Shown here: piece after piece, positions 37,351 through 51,400 of the stretch
How the letters are laid out: each line of letters starts with the position of its first letter
Position numbering within the stretch: the stretch's first letter is position 1
NCBI GenBank assembly: GCA_009914755.4
Contig: CP068257.2
Coordinates: 11,424,001 to 11,488,000, forward strand
Reading direction: 5' to 3'
Origin: the human T2T-CHM13v2.0 reference genome, Homo sapiens
DNA: 64,000 nt
The notes under the pieces: generated by a model
Databases searched by the model: none
Told to the model about the DNA's origin: nothing
The model's input: only the letters and a program-made list of their open reading frames with translations
Translations under genes and position numbers: made by a program

Positions 37351-40300
37351 TCTCACTGATTTTTTTAAAAAAATGTATGGCATAAGAGATAAATATAGAC
37401 AGATGGGAGGGATACAGAAAGGAAAGGGTTAAGTGTAGTTTAGAGGGATTTTTTAGTGTGTTTCTATTTACTTTCTTGTGACTTGTGGAGTAACTACTGG
37501 GATGGAATGTCTCTACAAGCACTGGTTTTAATTAGAAAGAAAGAAGTTAAGACCTCAAAATATATAGTTTATTGCTCTAATTTATCTGCTTTTGGGTTTC
37601 AGAATATTGTGAGCATAAGCTCTGGAGAGGCAGCAGGAGCCACCTCCCAAATCTCTGGTCTCCTCTAATGAGTTCTGTGAGGAGAGACTCCAGGGTGGGA
37701 CCAGACCTGAATGAGTCTCAGAAAATGGTGAATCTGGACAGAGCTGGGGTGGAGAAACTGTCCTATGTTGAATTATGATCTCTATACTGCTGGAGTACTT
37801 CTTGTTCTGTCTTTCCTAAGCCTGTCCAAGAGAAACTTAAGAGTTTGTATAATTTTAATCCATTTAGCCACTACTCTATTTTATAACGTATAATAATAAG
37901 CAATTTAACCAAAATTTTTAGGGCTTTCTAGGATAATTTTATTAGAAAATATGTATTCTTAGCAAGGTAAAAGCAATAGAAATACAAATAACTCTCCTGT
38001 TTGAGAATAGCTCTTCTGGTGGTGACATCAGAAGTCACAACAACATCAGAGCCATTGCCCAAGTCCCCTTAACACTCCCACTTTATTGTATTGACTATAT
38101 GATGCTTAATTAAACTATTTATCCAGTTGTTCTAGACTGAGAGTTTTTGAATGACAGGGACCATGACTGCTTCATCTATTTTTCTAAAGGCCATATGAAA
38201 TGGAGGCAATTTGTTTATCAGTCTGAGTCTCCAGAACTCCTGAATTTTTTGCCAAGGAAACTGGAGAAACTCTCGTCCAGGTACCAACCAAGGAGATTAT
38301 TTCTACAAAAGAAGGAACAGACACTGAATGACTCATTTCCCTTCCTCTCACATGGAAGCAGAATTAGACACTCCTGCCAGCCTGACCCAAGTCTGTACAG
38401 GACATCCTGAAATGTCTTAAAGATTCCCGGGTGATTGTGAGAGGATTCCTAGTGACCATGGACTGATGACCGTATGTTGATCCAGGTAGGAAAGACTCAA
38501 GCTGATTATAAATAGAAAATGGAACTGCCCTGGTACAGCTCCAGAACCTGGATCTATGTGTGATATCACCTGTTCTGATTAGCTAGGTCTTAGGTAAGAG
38601 AAAGGACAAGAATACTCTACTCCAGTATCACATTTTACAAATAGGTAAACTTATGTCATTGCTCTGGGTATTTTGTGGCTTTGATCTCTCCCTGCTGACA
38701 TGCATGTTTACACTTACAGATTGTGCAACCAGATTCTATTTACACCAGCAGCCTCTCACATAAACATAGCAGGTCACTGGAAAAGATCTGGAAAGCTCAA
38801 AGGGATACACTCTGAAAGGAGGGCTTTAAGATTTCTATGCTGACATCTCACAGATCAGAAAATGTCTCCTATGGGTTTTCTGTACATTCTCAATCCAAAA
38901 TCTGGCTCTCTCCTGTGATTCCCAGGGAGAGCTCAGCTCTTATGTACAGATTACAGGTAAGATCAACCTGACTCTTCATTCTTTGGTGTTACAGCAAGGA
39001 GAGTAAAAAAAAAAAAAAGTTTCCATCATAAAGTCTGCTCTAGGACATGATATGTCAGCCTAAAAAGAAAAGGTTAAGGCAACACTCATTTAAGTAGAGA
39101 ATTTATTTGGGCCAAGCCTGAGGATTGAAATCTGGGAGCATAGATTCAAGTTACCTTGAATGTACACTTTACTTAGCAGCAGTTACAAGTGGATTTACAA
39201 AGGCAAAAGAGAGGGACAGGGAGTGGACTGAAACAAAGTTGTTTGTCAGAAATTCTTCTCGATCTACAAAAATACATTGATGACTAATTGGCTATATATT
39301 TTTAAGCTGTGAGGTATTGCTTATAACATCTAGTGTGGCATTATTAGGTTAATTTATATCTACTTGTAGGGATAGCAAACAGTTTCAAGAGGCAAACATG
39401 TAGCTCAAAGGAGGCAGTAGAACATAATTATGTTCTCATTTTTATGTCTCTCCGAGCCTGATAAAACCAAAAGGACTTGCAATCCTCAGATCAAAGTTAT
39501 TCTTTTTCCTCTAATCTCAAGACCGAGATTCAGAATTTGGTATTGTAGATTTAGGTCCTGGATGGATGGAGAAATGGCAGGTGTTAACTGCACATTTATG
39601 GGAATTTGGGGAGGAGGAGAAAGAGGAACTTTGAGATACTCACATTTACTCAATGCACACATGTCACCCTAATTGTTCTTCTGGGCCTAATAGTCTCCAA
39701 CTCAGTTTCAGGTCTGAAGACACTATGGTCACTGAAAGAGGTGAAATGGCTGATTACTGTCCTGTGAATTTTGTCAACCACTTGTAGAAAGGCTTAACCT
39801 CTCTACGAGTGGTTGTAGAGGACTATAGATGTGAAACAGGCAGAGACACAAGTCTGCCTGCATACTCTGGGGGCAGTGTGCACTTTGAAGCACAACTGAC
39901 TGAGTTGACTGGAAGCCTGAGGGGGAAAGCCTTCTCTAAAATGAAGCTTGGGGGGCAATTTATACATATATACAATGTCTGGTAATTGTGAACAGGGTTT
40001 GAGAAATATAATTAAAAGGAAAATTATCTCCAGTCCTAGAAAAACCCCACAATAACAGACCAGAAAGAAAAGTGTTTTATTGCACAACAAAACCAGAATG
40101 TGATGTGACAAGAATCACAGACAATCTGCTCAAGAGATTGCAAAGACAGAAAGGTCTCTATAATTAGTCCTCAAGTAGAAGACTTGACAGCACCATTTGT
40201 CATACACAGTTTATCCTGAATTCACCTGGTAATTGGGGAGGCCATCTGTGTATGTTAATTGGTTATATTGAAAGGAAAAATAAACTTCTGACATCTTCAT

Positions 40301-41330
40301 GATACGAGATAGTTTTGCAACTTACAGCCAGGTGCCTGCTGAATGTAGGCTCTGGTTCTTTTACAGACACTGTGAAATAGGATACTATTCTTTTGGCTAT
40401 TTACATTTCAAAGCAAAGGGTCCCTACTCCCTAGGCCACGGGCTGCAGTAATCCTGCTTGCCCTGTCCTGGTGGCCTGTGTCCCATCTCTTCCCCTACCA
40501 TCTACCACTGAGGCACAGCTCACAGCACACAGCTGGCAGCCCACATTCCACATGGACTCCAACCACCACAGCTGCACTCCAGAGTCACATTATGGAGCAG
40601 GGTCCCTGAACTGCAGGAGGAGAACCTGCAGGACTCCTGGGTAGCATTGCACTTTTGCAATAATGGAAATGGGAGCAATGTTTCAGCTACGTTTCTATTT
40701 ATAATGGTGACAAAAAAATACTGCTGGATTCCCAGCATGGGTCTGGATAGAGTGCCAAAGAGTTCTCATTGTGACAGCCCAACTCACTCAGAAACACCAT
40801 GAGACACTTTTGGGTGTCCCTTCTGAAGACAGACACCGAAAGCATTGAAGAGAAAAACAGCTCTCAGTCTGAATAAAATTGTATTAAGAGGTTAAAGGTA
40901 TCTGAAAGAAAAATTCAGATTACATATAATATTAGCCAAGTCGACCAGAAAATACTCCCCTGAGACAGTTTCTCTCTAAACACCCAAAATGCACAGCTGC
41001 TCTCAACACAAGAAACACAGTGTTATGAAGAAAGGGGGCATATTCTCAGCAGAATTTCTTAAGATTTTTCTTCCATCTCTGCTGCTCTCTCATCTGCTGG
41101 CCATTGGATTGAGGATCTACACTGGAACACATCAGGCAACCTTCGCCAGCACTTTTTGATAAAGAATTGGAATTTGACTCTGTTTACATAGTAGAACTAT
41201 ATCTGAGATTGCAACATATCTAACTGAAGACTATTATGATTCATGATTTTTGGGTAGTCACATCACTTGCATTGATTTGTTCTGTAAGAGTGGCATTCCA
41301 AATATAGTAAAACATAAGAATAGACTGTGA

Positions 41331-41657
<327 letters not shown>

Positions 41658-41661
41658 CTAT

Positions 41662-41969
<308 letters not shown>

Positions 41970-42304
41970 GACCTATTATTATATCTATGGGATGAATTAA
42001 TAAGCATGTCAGATTAATATCTACTGTAACAATTAGATAGTAAATTTTCTTTGGATATTAGATATAAATATCTAAGTATAAATAATCTTAATATACTAGT
42101 AATGGCATACATTTTTAAAATTATCTGTAACCTTAACTCAGTTGTAATTATATTTCAAAAGAATAAATACTGATATTAAAATTACTATTTAAGGGATTTA
42201 TTCATAGTAAATAGTGTGGCCTTATATTCACATGATTGTAGAAAATACTGTTTAATTTACATGGATGAATGTTGTCTACTGAAGACTACATAAAACTATG
42301 TTAA

Positions 42305-42496
42305 TTCTTTTTTAAATTTTTTTATTTAATTTTTTAAATTTATTATTACACTTTAAGTTTTAGGGTACATGTGCAAAATGTGCAGGTTTGTTACATATGT
42401 ATACATGTGCCATGTTGGTGTGCTGCACCCATTAACTCATCATTTAGCATTTGGTATATCTCCTAATGCTATCCCTCACCCATCCCCCCACACTGA
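42305..42496 (-). mobile_element. Short L1 3'-end fragment (young L1PA-type), minus orientation, abutting the satellite array
   Basis: Reverse complement of the L1 3' terminus: 'ttattacactttaagttttagggtacatgtgcaaaatgtgcaggtttgttacatatgtatacatgtgccatgttggtgtgctgcacccattaactcatcatttagcatttggtatatctcctaatgctatccctcacccatccccccacac'. An interrupted poly-T lies at 42307-42341. Confidence 0.75.
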
Positions 42497-45400
42497 CCTC
42501 ACATAGGATTCCAGAACACTGCTGGGTTCTGAGTGTTTGTCCCTCACATAGGATTCCAGAACTGTTCTGTAATCCTTTGTAAGGGATAAACATTCAGACC
42601 CTCGTAGCAGTGTTCCGGAATCCTATGTGAGGGACAAAAACTCAGAACCCAGCAGCAGTGTTCTGGAATTCTGTGTGAGCGACAAACATTCAGAACTTCG
42701 TAGCAGTGTTCTGGAATTCTATGTGAGGGACAAACACTCAAAACCCAGCAGCAGTGTTCTGGAATCCAATGTGAGGTACAAACACTCAGAACCCAGCAGC
42801 AGTGTTCTGGAATCCTATGTGAGGGAAAAACAGTCTGAACTCAGCAGCAGGTTTCCGGAATCCCATGAGAGGGACAAATACTCAAAACCCAGCAGCAGTG
42901 TTCTGGGATCCTATGTGAGGGACAAACACTCAGAAGCAGTGTTCTGGAACCTTATGTGAGGGACAAACACTCAGAACCCAGCAGCAGTGTTCTGGAATCC
43001 TATGTGATGGACAAACACCCAGAACCCATCCACTGTCTTCTGGAATCCTATCTGAGGGACAAACATTCAGACACTCGTAGAAGTGTTCTGGAATCCTATG
43101 TGAGGAACAAACACTCAGCAACCAGGAGCAGTGCTCTGAAATCCTTTGTAAGGGACAAACAAACAGAATCCAGTAGCAGGGTTCCAGAATCCTTTCTGAG
43201 GGAAAAACATTCAGACCCTCTTAGCAGTGTTCTGGAATCCTATGTGTGGGACATTCAGACCCTCATAGCAGTGTTCTGGAAACCAATGTGAGTGCCAAAC
43301 ACTCAGAACCCAGCAGCAGTGTTCTGGAATACTTGGTAAGGAACAAACATTCAGACAATCGTAGCATTGTTCTGGAATCCTAAGTGAGGGACAAACACTC
43401 AGAAATGAGCTACAGTGTTCTAGAATTCTATGTAAGGAACAAACCCTCAGTACCGAGCGGCAGTGTTCTGGAATCCTATGTGAGGGACAAACACTCAGAA
43501 CAAAGCAGCAGTGTTCTGGAATCCTCTGTGAAAGACAAACACTCAGATCCCAGCAGCAGTGTTCTGATACCCTATGTGAGGGACAAACACTCAGAACCCA
43601 GCCACTGTGCTCTGAAATCCTATCTGAAGGACAAACATTCGGAGCCTCGTAGAATTGTTCTGGAATCCTATGTGAGGGACAAACACTCAGAAACTTATAG
43701 CAGTGTTCTGGGATCCTTTGTGATGGACAAACAAACAGAGCCCAGCAGCAGTGTTCTGGAATCCTATTTGACAGACAAACACTCAGAACTCAGAAGCAGT
43801 GTTCTGGAATCCTTTGTGAGGGACAAACATTCAGAACCTAGTAGCAGTGTTCTGGAATTGTATGTGAGGGACAAACACTCAGAACCCAGCAGCAGTGTTC
43901 TGGAATCCTATGTGAGTGACAAACACTAAGAAACCAGCAGCAGTGTTCTAGACTCCTTTGTGAGGGACAAACATTCAGACCATCGAAGCAGTGTTCTGGA
44001 ATCCTGTGTGAGGGACAAACACTCAGATCCAGCAGCAGTGTTCTAAAATCCTTTGTGATGGACAAAAATTCAGACCGTCGTAGCCGTTTTCTGGAATCCA
44101 AAGTGAGGGACAAACACTCAGAACCCAGCAGCAGTGTTCTGGAATCCTATGTGAGGGACAAACATTCAGAACCCAGCAGCAGTGTTCTGGAATACTCTGT
44201 GAGGGAAAAACATTCAGACCCTCGTAGCAATGTTCTGGAATCCTATATGAGGGGCACACACTCAGAACCCCGCAACAGTGTTCTGGAGTCCTTTGTGAGG
44301 GAAAAACATTCAGACCCTCGAAGCAGTGTTCTGGAATCCTATGTGAGGGACAAACACTCAGAACCCAGCAGCAGTGTTCTGGAATCCTGTGTGAGTGTCA
44401 AACATTCAGAACCCAGCAGCATTGTTCTGGAATCCTATTTGAGCGACAAACATTCAGAACTTCGTACCTGTGTTCTGGAATGCTATGTGAGAGACAAACA
44501 CAGAACCGAGCAGCAGTGTTCTGGAATCCTATGTGAGGGAGAAACACTCGGAACCCAGCAGCAGTGTTCTGGAATCCTATGTGAGGGTCAAACACTAAGA
44601 ACCCAGCAGCAGTGTTCTGGAATCCTTTGTGAGGGACAAACATTCAGAACCTTGTAGTAGTGTTCTGGAATTTTATGTGAGGGAAAACACTCTGAACCCA
44701 ACAGGAGTGTTTTGGAATCCCATGTGAGGGACAAACACACAGATCCCCGCAGCAGTGCTCTGGAATACTTTGTGAGGGACAAACATTGAGACTCTCAAAG
44801 CAGTTTTCTGGAATCCATTGTGAGGGACAAACAGTCAGAACCCACCGCAGTGTTATGAATCCTTTGTGACGGACAAACATTCAGACCATCGTAGCAGTGT
44901 TCTGGTATCCTGAGTGAGGGACAAACACTCAGAAACCAGCAGCAGTGCTCTGGATTCCTTTGTGAGGGGTAAACAAACAGAACCCAGCAGGAGAGTTCTG
45001 GAATCCTATGTGAGGGACAAACACTCAGAACCCAGCAGCAGTTTTCTGGAATCCTTTGTGAGGGACAAGCATTCAGAAACTCGTAGAAGTGTTCTGGAAA
45101 CGTATGTGCGTGACAAACACTAAGAAACCAGCAGAAGTGCTCCCGAATCCTTTGACAGGGACAAACAAATAGAAACCAGCCACAGTGTTCTGGAAGCCTT
45201 TGTGGGGGAAAAACATTGAGACCCCCGTAGCAGTGTTCTGGAATCCTATATGAGGGACAAACACTCAGAACCCAGCAGCAGTGCTCTGGAATCCTTTGTG
45301 AGGGACAAACATTCAGACACTCAGCAGTGTTCTGGAATCCTATGTGAGGGGAAAACATTCAGATCGTCGTAGCATTGTTGTGGAATTCTATATATGGGAC

Positions 45401-48400
45401 AAACACTCAGAACCCAGCAGCAGTGCTCTGGAATCCTATGTGAGGGAAAAACACCCAGAACCCAGCAGGATTGTTCTGGAATGCTATGTGTGGGACAAAC
45501 ACTCAGAACCCAGCAGCAGAGGTCTGGAATCCTATGTGAGCTACACTCAGAACACAGCAGCTGTGTTCTGGAATCCTTAGTGACGTACAAAGTTTCAGAA
45601 CCTCACAGCAGTGTTCTGGAATCGTATGTGAGGGACACTCAGAACCCAGCAGCAGTGTTCTAGAATCCTTTGAGAGGGAAAAACATTCAGACCCTTGGAG
45701 CAGTGTTCTGGAATACTATGTGATGGACAAACACTCAGAACCCAGCAGCAATGTTCTGGAGTCCTTTGTGATGGACAAACATTCTGACCCTAGTAGCAGT
45801 GTTCTGCAATCCTATGTGGGGGACAAACACTCAGAACCCAGCAGCTGTGTTCTGGAATCCCATGTGAGGGATAAACTCTCAGAACCCAGCAGCAGTGTTC
45901 TGTAATCCTATATGAGTGAGAAACACTCAGAACCCTGCAGCAGTTTTGTAGATTCCACTGTGAGATACAAACATTCAGACCCTCGTAGAAGTGTTCTGGA
46001 ATCCTATGTGAGGGAAAAACTCTCAGAAACCTGCAGCAGTGCACTGGAGTCCCTTGTGAGGGACAAACAAACACAACTGAGCAGCAGTGTTCTGGAATCC
46101 TTTGAGAGGCAAAAATATTCAGACCCTCGTAGCAGTGTTCTGGAATCCTATGTGAGGGACAAACACTCAGAACCCAGCAGCAGTATTCTGGAATCCTATG
46201 TGGGGGACAAACACAACCCAGCCGCAGAGTTCTAGAATCCTCTGTGAGCGACAAACATTCAGAAATTCATAGCAGTATTCTGAAATCCTATATGAGGGAC
46301 AAACACTCAGAACCCAGCCACTGTGTTCTGGAATCCTATGTGTGGGACAATCATTCAGACCCTCGTAGCTGTGTTCTGTAATCCTATCTGAGGGACAAAC
46401 ATTCAGACCTTCGTATCAGTGTTCTGGAATCCTATGTGAGGGACAAACTCTCAGAACCCAGCAGCACTGTTCTGGAATCCTATGTGAGGGACAAACACTC
46501 AGTACCCAGCAGCAGTACTCTGGAATAATTTGTGAGGGACAAACATTCAGATCCTCGTAGCAGTGTTCTGGAATCTTATGTGAGGGACAAACACTCAGTA
46601 CCCAGCAGCAGTACTCTGGAATAATTTGTGAGGGACAAACATTCAGATCCTCGTAGCAGTGTTCTGGAATCTTATGTGAGGGACAAACACTTAGAACCCA
46701 GCAGCACTGTTCTGGAATCCTATGTGAAGGACAAACACTCTTAACCCAGCAGGAGTGCTCTGGACTACTTTGTGAGGGACAAACATTCAGACAATCATAG
46801 CAGTGTTCTGGAATCGTATGTGAGGGACAAACACTCAGAACCCAGCAACAGTGTTTTGGAATCCTATGTGAGGGACAAACCCTCAAACCTAGCAGCAGTG
46901 TTCTGTAATCCAATGTGAGGGGCAAACAGAGAGAACCCAGCAGCAGTGCTCTGTAATACTTTGTGACGGACAACATTCAGATAATCGTAGCAGTGTTCTG
47001 CAATCCTATGTGAGAGACAAACCCAAAGAAACCAGCAGCAGTGTTCTGGAATCCTATGTGAGGGACAAACCCTCAGAACCTAGCGGCAGTGTTCTGGAAT
47101 CCAATGAGAGGGACAAACACTCAGAACTCAGCAGCAGTGTTCTCTAATCCTTTGTGAGGGACAACATTCAGATCCTCGTAGCAGTGTTCTGGAATCCTAT
47201 GTGAGAGACAAACACTAAGAAACTAGCAGCAGTGTTCTGGAATCCTATGTGTGGGACAAACACTCAGAACCCAGCAGCAGTGTTCTGGAATCCTTTGTGA
47301 GGGTCAAACACTCAGACTCTCAGAGCAGTGTTCTGGAATCCTATGTGAGGGACAAGCATTCAGACCCTCATAGCACCATTCTGGAATGCTCTGTGAGGAA
47401 CAAATATTCAGACCCTCATAGCAGTGTTCTGGAATCATATGTGAGGTACAAAATCTCAGAACTCAGAAGCAGTATTCTTTAATTCTATGTGAGAGACAAA
47501 CCCTCAGAACCCAGCAGCAGTACTCTGGAATAATTTGTGAGGGACAAACATTCAGACAATCACAGCAGTGTTCTGGAAACCAATGTGAGGACCAAACACT
47601 CAGAACCCAGCAGCAGTGTTCTGGAATATTTGGTAAGGGACGAACATTCAGACAATCTTAGCAGTGTTCTGGAATCCAAAGTGACGGAGAAACACTCAGA
47701 AACGAGCTGCAGTGTTCTAGAATTCTATGTGAGGGACAAACACTCAGAACCCAGCAGCAGTGTTCTGGAATCCTTAGTGAATGACAAACGCTCAGAACCC
47801 AGAAGTAGTGTTTTAGACTGGTTTGTGAGATACAAACATTCAGACCCTCAAAGCAGTGTTGTGGAATCCTATTTGAGGGACAAACACTCATCACACAGCC
47901 ACTGTGTTCTGGAATCCTATCTAAAGGACAAATATTCGGAGCCTCTTAGAAGTGTTCTGGAATCCTATGTCAGGGACAAACATTCAGAAACCAGCAGCAG
48001 TGCTCTGGAATCCTTTGTGAGGGACAAACAAACAGAGCCCAGCAGCTGTGTTCTGGAATCCGATTTGATGGACAAACACTCAGAACCCAGCAGCAGTGTT
48101 CTGGAATCCTTTGTGAGGGACAAACATTAAGATCCTCAGAGAAGTGTTCTGGAATCCTATGTGAGAGACAAACACTCAGAACCCAGCAGCAGTGTTCTAG
48201 AATCCTATGTGAAGGACAAACACTCAGAGCCCAGCAGCAGTGTTCTGCAATCCTTTGTAAGGGTCAAACACTCAGACGCTCAGAACAGTGCTCTGTAATC
48301 CTATGTGAGGGATAAACACTCTGAACCCTGCAGCAGTGTTCTGGATTCATATGTGAGGGACAAGCATTCAGATCCCGATAGCCCTGTTCTGCAATGCTCT

Positions 48401-51400
48401 GTGAGGGTCAAACATTCAGAACCTCATAGCAGTGTTCTGAAATACTATGTGAGGTACAAAGCCTCAGAACTCAGCAGTAGTGTTCTGGAATCCTATGTGA
48501 GTGACAAACACTCAGAAACCAGCAGCAATGTTCTAGAATCCTTTGTGAGGGACAAACATTTAGACTCTCGAAGCAGTGTTCTGTTATCCTATGTGAGGGA
48601 CACTCAGATCCAGCAGCATTGTTCTAGAATCTTTTGTGATGGACAAACATTAAGGTCCTCGTAGCAGTTTTCTGGAATCCTATGTGACGGGGCAAACACT
48701 CAGAACCCAGCAGCAGTGTTCTGGAATCCAGTGTGTGGTACAAACACTCAGAACCGAGCCAGTGTGTACTGGAATCCTATCTCAGGGCTAAACATTCAGA
48801 CCTTCACAGAAGTGATCTGGAATCCTATGTGTGCAACAAACACTAAATAACCAGCAGCAGTGCTCTGGAATCCTTTGTGAGGGACAAACAAACAGAAACC
48901 AGCAGCAGTGTTCTGGAAGTCTTTGTGAGGGAAGAACATTCAGACCCTCGTAGCAGTGTTCTGGAATCCTACGTGCGGGACAATCACTCAGAAGCCAGCA
49001 GCACTGTTCTGGAATCCTATGTGAAGGACAAATATTCAGAACCCAGAATCAATGGATTCCTAAGTGAAGGATAAACTCTCAGAACTCAGCAGCAGTTGTC
49101 TGCAATCTTTTGTGAGGGACAAATATTGAGACTCTCAAACCAGTGTTCTGGAATCCTATGTAAGGGACAAGCATTCAGAGTCTCATAGCAGTACTCTGGA
49201 ATCCTATATGAGGTACAAACACGAAAAACCCAGCAGCAGTGTTCTGGAATCCTATGTGAGGGACAAACACTCAGAACCTAGCAACAGTGATCTGGAATCC
49301 TATATGAGGGACAAACATTCAGACCCTCGTAGCAGTGTTTTGGAATCCTTTGTGAGGGACAAACAATCAGGAACCAGCAGCTTTGTTCTGGAATCCTATG
49401 GGATAGATGAACACTCAGAACCCAGCATCAGTGTTCTGGAATCCTTTGTGAGGGACAAGCAATCAGGACACAGCAGCTCTGTTCTGGAATCCTATGTGAG
49501 GGACAAACGTTCAGACCCTCGTATTAGTGTTCTGGAATCCTATGGGAGGGACTTACAAACAGAACCCAGTGACAGTGTTCTACAATCCTTTGTTAGGGAA
49601 AAACATTCAGACCCTCGTAACAGTCTTTTGAATCCTATGTGAGGGAAAAACATTCAGACCCTCATAGTAGTGTTCTGGAATCTTATTTGAGGGGCAAACA
49701 CTCAGAACCCAGCAGCAGTGTTCTGGAATCCTTTGGGAGGGATAAACATTCAGACCCCCTTAGCAGTGTTCTGGAATCCTATGTGAGGGACAAACACTCA
49801 GAACCCAGCAGCAGTGTTCTGGAATCCTATCTGAAGGAAAACATTCGGAACCTCTTAGAAGTTTTCTGGAATCCTATGTGAGGGACAAACACTCTGAAGC
49901 CAATAGCAGTGTTCTGGTATCCTATATGAGGGACAAACACTCAGAACCCAGCAGAAGTGTTCTGGAATCCCATATGAGGGACAAACACAAACCAGCAGCA
50001 AATGTTCTGGAATCCTATGTGAGGGACAAACATTCAGACCCTAGGAGCAGTGTTCTGGAATCCTATGTGAAGGACCAACAGTAAGAACCCAGTAGCAGTG
50101 TTCTGGAATCCTATGTGAGGGACAAGAATTCAGACACTCGTAGCAGTGATACAGAATGCTTTCTGAGGGGAAAAACATGCAGACCCTCATAGCAGTGTTC
50201 TGAAATCCTATGTGAGGGACAAACACTCAGAAGCCAGCAGCAGTGTTCTGGAATCCTTTGTGTCGGACAAACACTCAGAACTCAAAAGCAGTGTTCTGGA
50301 ATCCCTTTGAGGGACAAACACTCAGACCCTCATAGCAGTGTTCCGGAATCGTATGTGAGGGACAAACTTTCAGAACCCAGCAGCAGTGTTCTGGAATCCT
50401 TGGTGAGGAAGAAACTTTCAGACCCTCTGAGCAGTGTTTTGGAATCCTATGTTTGGGACAAACACTCAGAACCTAGCAGCTGTGTTCTGCAATCCTATGT
50501 GAGGGACAAACACTCAGAACCCACAAGCGGTGCTCTGGACTCTTTGTGAGGGACAAACATTCCTACATTTTAGCAGTGTTCCAGAATCTCATGTGATAGA
50601 GAAACGCTCAGAACCCAGCAGCAGAGTTCTAGAATTCTACGTGAGGGACAAACCCTCATAACCTAGCAGCAGTATTCTGCAATTCTAATTGAAGGACAAA
50701 CCTTCAGAACCCAGCAGCAGTGTTCTCGTACTCAATGACAGGGACAATCCCTCAGATCCCAGCAGCAGTTTTCTGGAAACCTATGTGAGGAACAAACACT
50801 CAGAACCCAGCAGCAGTGTTCTGGAATCCAATGTGAGGGACAAACACTCAGAAACCAGCAGCAGTGTTCTGGAATCCTATGTGAGGGACAAACACTCAGA
50901 ACCCAGCAGCATTTTTCTGAAATCCTTTGTGAGAGACAAACTTTCATAGCCTTGTAGCTGTGTTCTGGAATCCTATATGTGGAACAAACACTCAGAGCCC
51001 AGAAGCAGTGGTCTGGAATCCTGTGTGAGGGACAAACACTCAGACCCTCGAAGCAGTGTTCTGGAATCCTGTGTGAGGGACAAACATTCAGATCCAGCAG
51101 CATTGTTCTGGAATCCTTTGTTATGGACAAACCTTCAGATGCTCATAGCAGTTTTCTGGAATCCCTTGTGAGGGACAAACACTCAGAACCCAGCAGCAGT
51201 GTTCTGGAATCCTCTGTGAGTGACAAACACTCAGAAACCAGCAGCAGTGTTCCAGCATCCTTTGTGAGGGACAAACACTCAGACCCTCGAAGCAGTGTTC
51301 TGGAATCCTATGTGAGGGACCAACACTCAGAACCCAGCCACTGTGTACTGGAATCCTATCTGAGGGACAAATATTCAAACCACCGCAGAAGTGTTCTGGA

